A stretch of DNA of 64,000 nt from an uncultured Acidobacteriota bacterium (GTDB lineage Bacteria; Acidobacteriota; Thermoanaerobaculia; UBA5066; DATFVB01). Location of the stretch: positions 320,001 to 384,000 of the forward strand of contig CAWEYG010000003.1 of assembly GCA_963813155.1 (NCBI GenBank), written 5' to 3'. Both the position numbers and the translations under genes were made by a program. Of the stretch, positions 30,551 through 39,720 are shown in pieces; the first letter of the stretch is position 1, and each line of letters begins with the position of its first letter. The notes under the pieces are model-generated. The model saw nothing but the letters and a program-made list of their open reading frames with translations. It searched no databases and was not told the origin of the DNA.

Positions 30551-33265
30551 GTGAAACACCTTCGACGGTTTCGAATCCTTCTCGGATTTTTCCTCTTCTG
30601 CGGGAGCCTCCAGGCTCAGGCTCCCGACCCGGGCGCGGATCACGGCGCCGCCGCGCTGCACAGCGATCTCCTTCGCCTCCGCACGACCGCGAGCGTTCTG
30701 CAGGTCACCGCGCATCCCGACGACGAAGACGGAGGCCTCCTGACTCTCCTGTCCCGCGGACGCGGCGTCCGAACCGGCCTCGTCTCCCTCACGCGCGGCG
30801 AAGGAGGGCAGAACAAAATCGGCTCGGAGCTCTTCGACGAGCTCGGCCTCACGCGAACCGAGGAGCTGCGCGCTTCCGCCGCTTACTACGGCGTTTCGCT
30901 CTTCTTCACCCGCGCGGTCGACTACGGCTACTCCAAGACGATTTCCGAGGCGCTCGAGAAGTGGCAATTCTCCGAACGCGACGGCGGGCCGGTCGTCGAG
31001 GACCTCGTCCGGGTGATCCGGAGGTTTCGCCCCGAAGTCCTCGTCGCGCGCTTCAGCGGAACTCCGCGCGACAGCCATGCGCACCACCAGGCGTCCGCGG
31101 TCCTCGCGCGGAAGGCCTTTGCGGAGGCGGGGAATCCCTCCGCATTCCCCGAGCTTCTGCGGGAAGGTCTTGCTCCCTGGCAGCCGAAGAAGCTCTACAT
31201 CGGCATCCTCCGGGCCAACGAGGAATGGACGGTTTCCGAGGATGTCGGCGTTTACGACCCCCTCCTCGGGCTCTCCTACTCCCAGCTCGCCTGGGAAGGG
31301 CTCGCCCACCAGCGCACCCAGGGGGTCGGGCAGGTGCGGCCGGATCCCGGGTCGCGAACCGTCTATTACAAGCGCATCGACGGAACACCGCTCGCCGCCG
31401 TGGGGTCCGACGGAAAGATCGAGAATCCTTTCCACGAGGGGCCCGCGAAGCCGGAGAAGGATTTCTTCGACGGCCTCGACGAATCCGTTCCCGGAATCCG
31501 GGGCCGCCTCGCCAGCCTCGCGGGCGACGAGCTCGCCCGCGACCTCGGCGGACTCGAGAACGCCGCGCAGGAAGCCCTGAGGCGGTTCGACGCAACGCAT
31601 CCCGAGGCCTGCGCGGAGCCTCTCGCCCGGGGCCTCCGGCTCGCCCGCGAGATTCGACGGAAGATCGATTCCTCGCCGGCTCCCGCGGCGGCCCGAAGCG
31701 ACGCGGCCTTCCTGCTCGACGAAAAGATCGCCGAATTCCAGGACGCGCTGAACGATTCCCTCTCTCTCGTGCTGCTCGCCCGCGTCGAGCCGGAGAAAGA
31801 CCCGGGCTCCCCTTTTCCCGGTTTCCGCTTCGCGGTCGACACGATGAAAACGGCCGCCGCCGGCGAATCCTTTCCCGTCGCCGTGACGCTCGTCAACCGC
31901 TCTCCCCTCGCCGTGAAGGTCGTCGCGGCGGAGCTCCTCGCGCCGGCGAGATGGAAAGTCGAGCTGTCGGAGGGACCGCCTCCGAAAAGCGTCGATCCGA
32001 ATGGATCGGCCCGGTCGCTCTTCCGCGCGGGCGTGGCGCCCGGCGCGCCCCCGACGGCTCCATACTGGCACCGGCGAAGCGTGGAAGACTCGTTGTACGA
32101 GATCGACGACCCTCGCCTCACGGGCGATCCGCGCCCGGCCTACCCGCTGACGGCGCGCATTCGATACGAGTTCGCGGGCACCGAAGGGTCGATCTCTCGA
32201 ACCGTCGCGACGCGCACCGTCGATCCGCTCCGCGGGGAGCTGCCGCGGGACCTCGCCGTCGAGCCCGCCGTCTCCCTCCGCGTTCGTCCGCCGCTCGCCA
32301 TCGTTCCCCTCGCGAAAGCGGGCGAACGGAACATCGCATTCGAGATCGAGGTGACGAACCATGCCGCCGGAAAGCAGGACGGGAAGCTTCAACTCGCGCC
32401 TCCCGCCGGCTGGAAAGTGCCCGAACCCGTCGCGTTCTCGCTCGCGAAAGAAAACGACTCCGACCGCCTCGGGGCCACGCTCGCGGTCCCGAGGGGAGCG
32501 AAGGAAGGAACGTACAGCCTGAAGGCGGCCGCCGGCCCGTTCGACCGCACGCTCGACATCCTGGAACATCCCGACATCGCGCCGACGTATTTTCTCAAGC
32601 CCGCCGAAGCGAAAATCGAGGTTGTCGACGTGGCGGTTCCGGACAATCTCACGGTCGGCTACGTCCGCGGACCGGAGGATTCGATTCCGGAGTTTCTGCA
32701 GCAGCTCGGGATCCACGTCGTATTCCTCGCGCCCGAAGACCTCGAAAAGGGGAACCTCTCCGTCTTCCCGACGATCGTCACCGGGCCGCGGGCGTACGAC
32801 GTGCGCGACGACCTGAAGCGCTTTCACCGCCGGCTCATGGAATACGTCCGGAACGGGGGCCGCCTCGTCGTCCAGTACAACACGAACGTGCGCACCTTTC
32901 GGGAGTTCCCGTTCTCCGCGTCCTTTTCCCCGGATACCCGGCGAATCACCGTGGAAGACTCGCCGGTCGAGATCCTTCATCCGGAGGACCCGGTCTGGAA
33001 CTTTCCGAACAAGATCACTCTCGCGGACTTCCAGGGCTGGGTCCAGGAGCGGGGCCTCTACTTTCCCGACCAGTGGTCGAGCGACTACACGCCGCTCGTC
33101 AAGATGACCGACCCGGGCGAGGAGCCGCTCCTCGGCGGCACGCTCCTCGCGCACCCCGGGAAAGGAACCTACATTTACACGGCGCTCTCGTGGTTCCGCG
33201 AGCTGCCGGAGGGAGTCCCGGGAGCGATCCGGATCTTCGTGAATCTCATCTCGCCCTCGAAGTAG
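30551..33265 (+). CDS. Exported PIG-L/LmbE family deacetylase with Ig-like and GATase-like C-terminal domains
   Basis: Signal peptide, AHPDDED, TRGEGGQN, H.HH and GWVQERGLY motifs. Confidence 0.9.
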   Translation: MKHLRRFRILLGFFLFCGSLQAQAPDPGADHGAAALHSDLLRLRTTASVLQVTAHPDDEDGGLLTLLSRGRGVRTGLVSLTRGEGGQNKIGSELFDELGLTRTEELRASAAYYGVSLFFTRAVDYGYSKTISEALEKWQFSERDGGPVVEDLVRVIRRFRPEVLVARFSGTPRDSHAHHQASAVLARKAFAEAGNPSAFPELLREGLAPWQPKKLYIGILRANEEWTVSEDVGVYDPLLGLSYSQLAWEGLAHQRTQGVGQVRPDPGSRTVYYKRIDGTPLAAVGSDGKIENPFHEGPAKPEKDFFDGLDESVPGIRGRLASLAGDELARDLGGLENAAQEALRRFDATHPEACAEPLARGLRLAREIRRKIDSSPAPAAARSDAAFLLDEKIAEFQDALNDSLSLVLLARVEPEKDPGSPFPGFRFAVDTMKTAAAGESFPVAVTLVNRSPLAVKVVAAELLAPARWKVELSEGPPPKSVDPNGSARSLFRAGVAPGAPPTAPYWHRRSVEDSLYEIDDPRLTGDPRPAYPLTARIRYEFAGTEGSISRTVATRTVDPLRGELPRDLAVEPAVSLRVRPPLAIVPLAKAGERNIAFEIEVTNHAAGKQDGKLQLAPPAGWKVPEPVAFSLAKENDSDRLGATLAVPRGAKEGTYSLKAAAGPFDRTLDILEHPDIAPTYFLKPAEAKIEVVDVAVPDNLTVGYVRGPEDSIPEFLQQLGIHVVFLAPEDLEKGNLSVFPTIVTGPRAYDVRDDLKRFHRRLMEYVRNGGRLVVQYNTNVRTFREFPFSASFSPDTRRITVEDSPVEILHPEDPVWNFPNKITLADFQGWVQERGLYFPDQWSSDYTPLVKMTDPGEEPLLGGTLLAHPGKGTYIYTALSWFRELPEGVPGAIRIFVNLISPSK

Positions 33266-33278
33266 CGCTCAGGTTTCC

Positions 33279-34619
33279 ATGACCGAGCTCAAGCGCGAAA
33301 TCGGACTCTGGCGCGGCGTCGCCCTGAACATGATCGACATGGTCGGAATCGGCCCGTTCATCACGATGCCCTTGATCCTGTCCGCGATGGGCGGGGGCCG
33401 GGCAATGCTCGCGTGGATCCTCGGCGCCCTGCTCGCGATCTCCGACGGGCTCGTCACCGCGGAGCTCTCGGCGGAGCTGCCGGCGTCCGGCGGCTCGTAC
33501 GTGTTCCTTCGGGAGGCGTACGGACCCGCGAAGTGGGGGCGGCTCGTCTCATTCCTGTTCCTTTTCCAGATCCTCATCTCGGCGCCCCTGTCGATCGCCT
33601 CCGGCTCGAAGGGATTCGCCAGCTACCTCAAGTTCGTCTTTCCCGGGATTACCTGGAGCGGCGGCGCGATCGCCGCGCTCGCGGCGCTCCTGCTGACAGC
33701 GCTCCTGTTCCGGAAGATCGGCTCGATCGGGAAACTCTCGATCCTCCTCTGGGCGGGCGTGCTCGCGACGATCGCGATCGTCATCGGGGCCGGGCTTCCG
33801 CATTTCCGTCTCGCGGCGGTCGAGTTCTGGAACGCTCCACGATTCGACGCGCGAGTCGGGTGGTCGGGGCTGGGAGTCGCGATGATCTACGCCGTGTACG
33901 ATTACCTCGGCTACTACAACATCTGCTACATCGGCGACGAGATTCACGAGCCGGAAAAAACGATTCCACGCGTTATCGTGATTTCGATCGTCGCGATCGC
34001 CGTTCTCTACCTGCTGATGAACGCGTGCCTCGTGTCCGTACTGCCGATGAAACAGGCGATGACCTCCGAGCATGTCTTCTCCGACTACCTCGCGGTGCTC
34101 CTGGGCTCCCGCTGGGCGAGGGCCGTCTCGGTCCTGATTCTCTGGACCGGCCTGGCGTCGATTTTCTCCCTCATGCTCGGCTACTCCCGGATCCTCTACG
34201 CCGCGGCGCGGGACGGGAACTTCTTTTCGTTCTTTTCCCGCCTCCACCCGACCGGCGCGTTTCCGTATGTCGCCCTTCTCGCTCTCGGGATCGTCGGAGC
34301 GCTGTTCTGCCTGCTTCCCCTTCCGACGGTCATCAAGTCGATCCTCTCCATCCGCGCGATCATTCCTTTCATGGCTCAGATCATCGGGTCCGTCGTGATC
34401 CGCCGCCGCAACCCGAACGGGAAACGTCCTTTCAAGATGTGGCTCTACCCCGTTCCCGTGTTCGTCGCGCTCGGCCTGTGGGCGTACATCGTGGCTTCGC
34501 CGGAAAAAGGCTTCCAGGTAGCCGGAGCGGTCGTCATGTCGGCCGGCGTCGTGTTCTTCCTGGGCCGCTCGCTGCTGTTGAAGCAGTGGCCGTTCCGCAC
34601 CGGCGCGAGAGCCCGCTAA
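33279..34619 (+). CDS. APC family amino acid permease
   Basis: DMVGIGPFIT, AEL...P.SGGSY and RPFKMWLYP motifs, about 12 TM segments. Confidence 0.9.
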   Translation: MTELKREIGLWRGVALNMIDMVGIGPFITMPLILSAMGGGRAMLAWILGALLAISDGLVTAELSAELPASGGSYVFLREAYGPAKWGRLVSFLFLFQILISAPLSIASGSKGFASYLKFVFPGITWSGGAIAALAALLLTALLFRKIGSIGKLSILLWAGVLATIAIVIGAGLPHFRLAAVEFWNAPRFDARVGWSGLGVAMIYAVYDYLGYYNICYIGDEIHEPEKTIPRVIVISIVAIAVLYLLMNACLVSVLPMKQAMTSEHVFSDYLAVLLGSRWARAVSVLILWTGLASIFSLMLGYSRILYAAARDGNFFSFFSRLHPTGAFPYVALLALGIVGALFCLLPLPTVIKSILSIRAIIPFMAQIIGSVVIRRRNPNGKRPFKMWLYPVPVFVALGLWAYIVASPEKGFQVAGAVVMSAGVVFFLGRSLLLKQWPFRTGARAR

Positions 34620-34633
34620 CCGGGTTGGCCACA

Positions 34634-34664
34634 AAAGAAAAGCGCCCCTGTTGGGGCGCTTTTC
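34634..34664. terminator. Bidirectional intrinsic terminator
   Basis: GAAAAGCGCCCC-TGTT-GGGGCGCTTTTC hairpin with A/T tracts, between convergent genes. Confidence 0.85.
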
Positions 34665-34683
34665 GTGGAACCGTTCGACCGGA

Positions 34684-35289
34684 TCAGAGGCCGGGTTTGC
34701 CAGAGAGGCCAGGCTTCCCAGAGAGCCCCGGCTTGCCGGACAGTCCAGGCTTGCCCGAGAGGCCAGGCTTGCCCGAGAGGCCGGGTTTGCCCGAGAGGCC
34801 GGGTTTGCCAGAGAGGCCAGGCTTGCCAGAGAGGCCAGGCTTCCCAGAGAGCCCAGGCTTGCCAGAGAGGCCAGGCTTGCCAGAGAGGCCAGGCTTGCCA
34901 GAGAGGCCAGGCTTCCCAGAGAGCCCCGGCTTGCCAGAGAGCCCAGGCTTGCCTGAGAGGCCGGGTTTGCCAGAGAGGCCAGGCTTCCCAGAGAGCCCCG
35001 GCTTGCCAGAGAGGCCAGGCTTCCCGGAGAGCCCCGGCTTGCCAGAGAGGCCAGGCTTCCCGGAGAGCCCCGGCTTGCCGGACAGTCCAGGCTTGCCCGA
35101 AAGGCCGGGCTTACCCGAAAGGCCCTGCTTGCTGGAGAAGGTCGAGCCGGTGTGGCTCGAGTCGGGAGCCGAAAGCGCCGGGTTGTTTCCCAGGTTTCCG
35201 ACCCGGATCTCGCCCATGTCTTTGCCCGTTCCCGCCTTGATTTTCGCCATCTGCTCTTCAGTCAACTTGATTCGAACATCGTTTGCCAT
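34684..35289 (-). CDS. Leader plus (SGKPGL)x24 repeat protein: candidate multi-core RiPP precursor or collagen-like protein
   Basis: GGGAGG RBS then ATG at 35289. 201 aa, invariant hexapeptide encoded by synonymous codons, followed by a terminator. Confidence 0.85.
   Translation of the reverse strand: MANDVRIKLTEEQMAKIKAGTGKDMGEIRVGNLGNNPALSAPDSSHTGSTFSSKQGLSGKPGLSGKPGLSGKPGLSGKPGLSGKPGLSGKPGLSGKPGLSGKPGLSGKPGLSGKPGLSGKPGLSGKPGLSGKPGLSGKPGLSGKPGLSGKPGLSGKPGLSGKPGLSGKPGLSGKPGLSGKPGLSGKPGLSGKPGLSGKPGL
34687..35124. repeat. 18-bp coding tandem repeat, about 24 copies
   Basis: Units such as CCAGGCTTGCCAGAGAGG vary only at third-codon positions of the minus-strand frame. Confidence 0.95.
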
Positions 35290-35421
35290 TTTGTCCTCCC
35301 TTTCGTTAGCTATCTCACATCGCAAGGGCCGCGCCACCGCGATCCGGCGAAGTCCGGCCCATCAACCCGAACAAAATACAGGCCAAATCCCAGGCCAGCA
35401 CATCGGCTGCAAACAAGCGGA

Positions 35422-35446
35422 GTCAAAATTTGACCGGCAATTTTGA
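35422..35446. promoter_or_regulatory. Palindromic putative operator
   Basis: TCAAAATT-N8-AATTTTGA (35423-35446) overlaps GTCAAA-A-TTTGAC (35422-35434) in an AT-rich divergent intergenic region. Confidence 0.45.
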
Positions 35447-35539
35447 TCGAGACGGGGAAAAATTCTCCCTCTTCAGCCCGCAAGAGATCTTCGAGTGGCT
35501 CGGAACCCCCGAATCGTGAATGCGGTGTAAACTGCACGA

Positions 35540-35680
35540 ATGTCACAAGCAAACGGAGACAAGGCTCGCTTCGCCAAGGCGAAGAAGAAGAGATTACGGC
35601 ATCGCGAGAACATGAAGAAGATCCTGTCCCCGCCTCCCGAGCGACCGGCTCGATCCGCGCATTCGCGCCCTTCCAAGTAG
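35540..35680 (+). CDS. Small basic protein (46 aa)
   Basis: MSQANGDKARFAKAKKKRLRHRENMKKILSPPPERPARSAHSRPSK. TAAACT lies 6 nt before the ATG, and the stop is 7 nt from the convergent SDR stop. Confidence 0.6.
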   Translation: MSQANGDKARFAKAKKKRLRHRENMKKILSPPPERPARSAHSRPSK

Positions 35681-35687
35681 AAAGAGC

Positions 35688-36473
35688 TCAGCGCCGGGGT
35701 ACCAGCCCCGAAGGCAGGGAGATTCCCCCGTCGATCGTGAGACACGTTCCGGTCACGTAATCGGCGGCGGAAGAGCAGAGGTAGAGGATCGCGTCCGCCA
35801 CCTCTTCCAGCCGGGCGAGCCTTCGCGCGGGAATCGTCTTCTTCAGCTTCTCCTGCGTCTCGGGGTCCGCGAAGTTCAGGTTCTGGGACGCGCCTTCGGT
35901 CACCATGATCCCGGGAGCGATCGCGTTCACCCGGATTCCCCGCGAGCCCCATTCCGCGGCGAGCGTCTTCGTGATCGAGAGCACTCCCGCCTTCGCCGCG
36001 GCCGAATGGACGACGCCCGGCATCCCCGTTTCGGCATACGTCGCGACGACGTTCACGAGAGCTCCATGTCCCCTCGAAAGCATCCGGCGTCCCACGATCG
36101 ACGAACAGAACCAGGTTCCGTGGAGAACGATTTCCACGACCGCGCGAAATCCGTTCGGCGTCAGCTGCTCCGCCGGCACCAGGAAGTTCCCCGCGGCGTT
36201 GTTGACGAGGATGTCGAGGGGGCCGAGCTCCTTTTCGATGCGTTCGACCGCGGACTCGACGCCTTCCGGCGAGCGGACGTCGGCGGCGACCGGAAGAACA
36301 GCCGTCCCCGCCTTCCGGATCTCCGCGGCAGCCGCTTCGAGCCGCTCGGCCGATCGCGAGAGAATCGCGACGCGGGCGCCCGACTGCGCGAATGCGAGCG
36401 CCGTCGCCTTGCCGAGCCCCGACCCGCCCCCCGTCACGAGGACCGTTTTGGATTCGAATTCCCGATTCGTCAC
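35688..36473 (-). CDS. SDR family oxidoreductase (2,4-dienoyl-CoA reductase-like)
   Basis: TGGGSGLG, NNAAGNF and HSAAAKAG motifs (His at the usual catalytic Tyr position). Confidence 0.88.
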   Translation of the reverse strand: MTNREFESKTVLVTGGGSGLGKATALAFAQSGARVAILSRSAERLEAAAAEIRKAGTAVLPVAADVRSPEGVESAVERIEKELGPLDILVNNAAGNFLVPAEQLTPNGFRAVVEIVLHGTWFCSSIVGRRMLSRGHGALVNVVATYAETGMPGVVHSAAAKAGVLSITKTLAAEWGSRGIRVNAIAPGIMVTEGASQNLNFADPETQEKLKKTIPARRLARLEEVADAILYLCSSAADYVTGTCLTIDGGISLPSGLVPRR

Positions 36474-37606
36474 GATTCCTCCTCGTTCCCGCCCCTGTCC
36501 GGGGGCGCCTCGAGAGATGCCAGTGTGCCGGCCGCGATCGCCTCCCGGATCCGGGTCATCCAGGCCAGATAGAAATACACGTTGTGCTGGGAAATCAAGA
36601 CCGGCGCCGAGATGTCCTTGAGAACGAACAGGTGCCGGAGGTAGGCGCGCGAGTGACGGCGGCACACGGGACAGTCGCAATCGGGGTCGAGCGGCTCGAA
36701 ATCCGAAGCAAATCGCGAATTCTTGATCGTGACGCTTCCCCGCGACGTGAAGGCGTGGCCCATTCTCCCGTTTCGCGTCGGCAGAACGCAGTCGAAAAGA
36801 TCGATCCCCTGCCGGACGGCGCGGAGGAGGTCCGACGGCGTCCCGACCCCCATGAGGTACCGGGGCTTTTCGCCCGGAAGCGCCGCGCAGGAAATCTCGA
36901 CCGTCTCCGAGATTTCGGCCTTCGATTCCCCCACGGCGACGCCCCCGATCGCGTACCCGGGAAAATCCATCGGCACGAGTTCCTCCGCGCAGCGCCGCCG
37001 CAGGTCCGCCCGGCCGCCCCCCTGCAGGATGCCGAAAAGAGCGCCCGGCCCGCGCCACGCGTCCCGACATCGCCGCGCCCAGCGGATCGTCCGCGAGACC
37101 GCGGCTTCCAGCTCGGCTTCCGGCGCGGGAAGGCCGGGGCACACGTCCAGGCACATCGCCACGTCGGTTCCGAACGCGGACTGCAGTTCCATCGCGAGCT
37201 CCGGGGTGAGGAACCGGGGAGAGCCGTCGAGATGCGAGCGAAATTCGACGCCCTCTTCGCGGATCTTCCGGCTCTTCTCGAGCGAGAGGACCTGGAACCC
37301 TCCCGAGTCGGTCAGCAACGAGCGGTCCCAGCCGATGAAGGCATGAAGGCCGCCGGCGCGCCGGATCCCCTCGAGCCCCGGCCGCAGCATCAGGTGATAC
37401 GTGTTCGCGAGGACGAGCTGGCACCCCCATTCCTCGAGCCGGTCGAAGGGAACGCCCTTCACGGCCCCGAGAGTGCCGACCGGCATGAACGCGGGGGTCT
37501 CGACCGCGCCCCTCGACAGCGACAGACGGCCACGGCGCGCCGCCCCGTCGACCGCGAGAATTTCGAAAAATCGATCGGGGTTTTTCAAGAATCGCGAGCC
37601 TAGCAT
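36470..37606 (-). CDS. tgt: tRNA-guanine transglycosylase
   Basis: TPAFMPVGT, NTYHL, TDSGGFQ, PRYLMGVG and FDCVLPTR motifs, CDCPVC zinc site. Confidence 0.96.
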   Translation of the reverse strand: MLGSRFLKNPDRFFEILAVDGAARRGRLSLSRGAVETPAFMPVGTLGAVKGVPFDRLEEWGCQLVLANTYHLMLRPGLEGIRRAGGLHAFIGWDRSLLTDSGGFQVLSLEKSRKIREEGVEFRSHLDGSPRFLTPELAMELQSAFGTDVAMCLDVCPGLPAPEAELEAAVSRTIRWARRCRDAWRGPGALFGILQGGGRADLRRRCAEELVPMDFPGYAIGGVAVGESKAEISETVEISCAALPGEKPRYLMGVGTPSDLLRAVRQGIDLFDCVLPTRNGRMGHAFTSRGSVTIKNSRFASDFEPLDPDCDCPVCRRHSRAYLRHLFVLKDISAPVLISQHNVYFYLAWMTRIREAIAAGTLASLEAPPDRGGNEEES

Positions 37607-37673
37607 GGAAGCTTTTCAATGCCTTGACGGCTGATAGCGGGGGTGGTACGTTCGCCCCCGCTTTGGGGGGTGG

Positions 37674-37983
37674 ATGTCAAATCTCGGAAAAAAATTCGAA
37701 TGCTTCAACTGCCGGGCGAAGTTTTACGACCTCGGCAAGCCGGAAGCGATCTGCCCCAAATGCGGGGCCAACCAGAAGGACGCGAAGAACGCCGACGAGG
37801 CGGCCGGCCGCTCCGCGCCCGAGACGGATGGCTCCCATCGTCGTCGCGCCCGAAGAAGTCAACGAATTCGAAGACCAGCCGCAGGAAGAAGAGGCTGCTC
37901 CCGGGTACGGCGAAGAAGAAGAAACCGATGACGAGGAAGCCCCTCTCGAGATCCACGAACGGGAAGAAGAAGAAGAGTTCTGA
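37674..37983 (+). CDS. FYDLN-acid (TIGR02300-like) zinc-ribbon protein (frameshifted near 37806)
   Basis: LGKKFECFNCRAKFYDLGKP..CPKCG. The acidic tail is in another frame, ending at 37983. Confidence 0.85.
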
Positions 37984-38437
37984 ACCGCGCGGACCCGCCT
38001 ACCTGGGGCTCGGAAGCAATCTCGGAAACCGAACGAAGCACCTCAAAGACGCCATCCGCGAGGTCGGCAGGATCGCCCGCGTCGTTTCCGTCTCTCCGTT
38101 TCACGAAACCGAGCCCGTCGGCTTCCGGCGACAGCCCCGCTTCCTGAACGCCGCGATGAAGATCGTCACGTCCCTCCCGGCGAGGGAGCTCCTCGAACGG
38201 ACCCAGGCCATCGAGGCGCGCCTGGGAAGGGTGAGGTCCTTTCGCAACGGGCCGCGGGTCATCGACATCGATTTGCTCGACGTGCGCGGGCAGTCCCTCC
38301 GCACGAAATCGCTCACACTGCCGCACCCGAGGATGCAGGAGCGTCGTTTCGTCCTCGAGCCCCTCGCCGAGATCGCGCCCCGCTGGCGGCACCCCGAGCT
38401 CGGCAAGACCGCCCGGCAGCTGATCGGAGAGTTGTAA
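37928..38437 (+). CDS. folK: 2-amino-4-hydroxy-6-hydroxymethyldihydropteridine diphosphokinase
   Basis: YLGLGSNLG, FLNA, GPRVIDIDLL and LPHPRMQERRFVL motifs. Start uncertain. Confidence 0.92.
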   Translation: MTRKPLSRSTNGKKKKSSEPRGPAYLGLGSNLGNRTKHLKDAIREVGRIARVVSVSPFHETEPVGFRRQPRFLNAAMKIVTSLPARELLERTQAIEARLGRVRSFRNGPRVIDIDLLDVRGQSLRTKSLTLPHPRMQERRFVLEPLAEIAPRWRHPELGKTARQLIGEL

Positions 38438-38443
38438 GGGCTG

Positions 38444-39358
38444 CTACTTCCAGGCCTCGAGGTCGCGGCGCGCGTCCGCCTGAACCCGCAAGTCCTCGAT
38501 GAGGTGATCGGGGCGCGGGGTGGCGGCGACGACCTTCTTCAGGATCTGGACAGCCTCCTCGCGCTGGTCGGTGTTCTCGCGGAGGCCCTCCGCGAGAAAG
38601 AAGAGATTCACGAAATTCTCGGGCGCGATCTCGACCGACTTTCGAAGGTAACGGACGCCCGCGTCGCGGTCGACCCAACCCGTGACGAAAAGGATCTTGG
38701 GCGACACGCAGTGGAGCCTTCCGAGCACGCGATAGCCGCCGGCGTCCTCGAGCTTCGGGTCGATGGCGATCGTCGTTCGCGCCTGGTCCCGGATTTTCGC
38801 CGCGACCCCCTGGCGGGCCGCCTGCAGCCTTCCGTGCACGAGGGCCCACTGGCCGGAAGTCACGGACGCCCAGAAGAACGTCTCGCCGGCCGTCTGGTCC
38901 CCGGCGAGGGCCGAACCGAGCTGCGCCGGCTCCATCGTTCGACCGTTCTGCGCGGACCGCCGCCCCGCCGTGTCGCGCTCGATCGCGATCGCCTCGTCCG
39001 CGATCGGCAGGGCCCTCTCGTACAGAGCGGCTTTCTGCTCGTCGTTCAGTCCCGTGTACTCCGCTTTGAAGTAGGTCGACCGAAGGTATTTCCATCGGTC
39101 TTCCACGTCGCTTCGATTTTTCTTGAGAGCCGCGGAATACGACTCGAGCGACGCGTCGATCTCGATCGACGACGCGACATCCGCCTGCCGGCCTTCCGCG
39201 CGCCGCTGGTAGTGAACGTCGCCTTCTTTCGCCTGCGCCTCCAGGTGGAGATTCTCCATCGCCCGCTCCTGCGGGGACGGCAGCGTCGGCTGCGAGGGAG
39301 GAGTCGTCGTGTGGATCTGGGCAAGGACGCAAAACACGACTGCAGACACGATGTGCAT
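38444..39358 (-). CDS. Exported TPR-like helical protein
   Basis: Signal peptide, helical repeats (A..IDP..EDAGGYRVLGRLH), AAGGA RBS. Confidence 0.7.
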   Translation of the reverse strand: MHIVSAVVFCVLAQIHTTTPPSQPTLPSPQERAMENLHLEAQAKEGDVHYQRRAEGRQADVASSIEIDASLESYSAALKKNRSDVEDRWKYLRSTYFKAEYTGLNDEQKAALYERALPIADEAIAIERDTAGRRSAQNGRTMEPAQLGSALAGDQTAGETFFWASVTSGQWALVHGRLQAARQGVAAKIRDQARTTIAIDPKLEDAGGYRVLGRLHCVSPKILFVTGWVDRDAGVRYLRKSVEIAPENFVNLFFLAEGLRENTDQREEAVQILKKVVAATPRPDHLIEDLRVQADARRDLEAWK

Positions 39359-39420
39359 TTCAGTTCCTTCCGGAATCGATTATAGAGGACGCCGTGCTAG
39401 ACTGACTCAGGAGCTGATCC

Positions 39421-39720
39421 ATGAGCGACGAAAAGCCGGCCGAGTTCAAGATGACGATCGACGAACCGACGTCCGCCGGCCACTACGTGAATTTCGCGAA
39501 CATTTTGCACAACCCCACGGAATTCGTGTTCGACTTCGGGCGCATCGTTCCGGGGCGGCCCGACGTGAAGATCCACGCCCGTATCCTGACGACGCCCGTT
39601 CATGCAAAACAGTTCCTCAAAGCCCTCACGCACAACATCGGCCTCTACGAGCAGCAGTTCGGAGCGATCCCCGAATACGCGCCGGGACAGATGCCCGCGC
39701 CGGAGCCCCAGACCAACTAA
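39421..39720 (+). CDS. DUF3467 family protein
   Basis: G.YVN...I.H...EFVFDF, RI..TP.HAK and YEQQFG.I motifs. AGGAG RBS. Confidence 0.88.
   Translation: MSDEKPAEFKMTIDEPTSAGHYVNFANILHNPTEFVFDFGRIVPGRPDVKIHARILTTPVHAKQFLKALTHNIGLYEQQFGAIPEYAPGQMPAPEPQTN

Noticed and set aside
29080-33282. 1400-aa ORF, and similar long Arg/Pro-rich ORFs (55531..58788 N-part, 59942..63193, 25330..28002, 19643..22048)
   Set aside because: Off-frame or antisense shadows overlapping well-supported genes, with no domain motifs.
30551-34619. PIG-L deacetylase and APC permease as maturation/export genes for the SGKPGL repeat protein
   Set aside because: They are convergent, separated by a terminator, and belong to common families with no RiPP precedent. 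Nothing beyond proximity links them.
34687-35124. CRISPR array
   Set aside because: Contiguous 18-bp units with no unique spacers, variation confined to synonymous codon positions, and no cas operon.
33413-35446. Plus-strand repeat ORFs ((PERPGL)n, (CQRGQA)n, (AREARL)n)
   Set aside because: These frames vary in amino-acid sequence and overlap the permease or lack an RBS. Only the minus frame is invariant and has an RBS and terminator.
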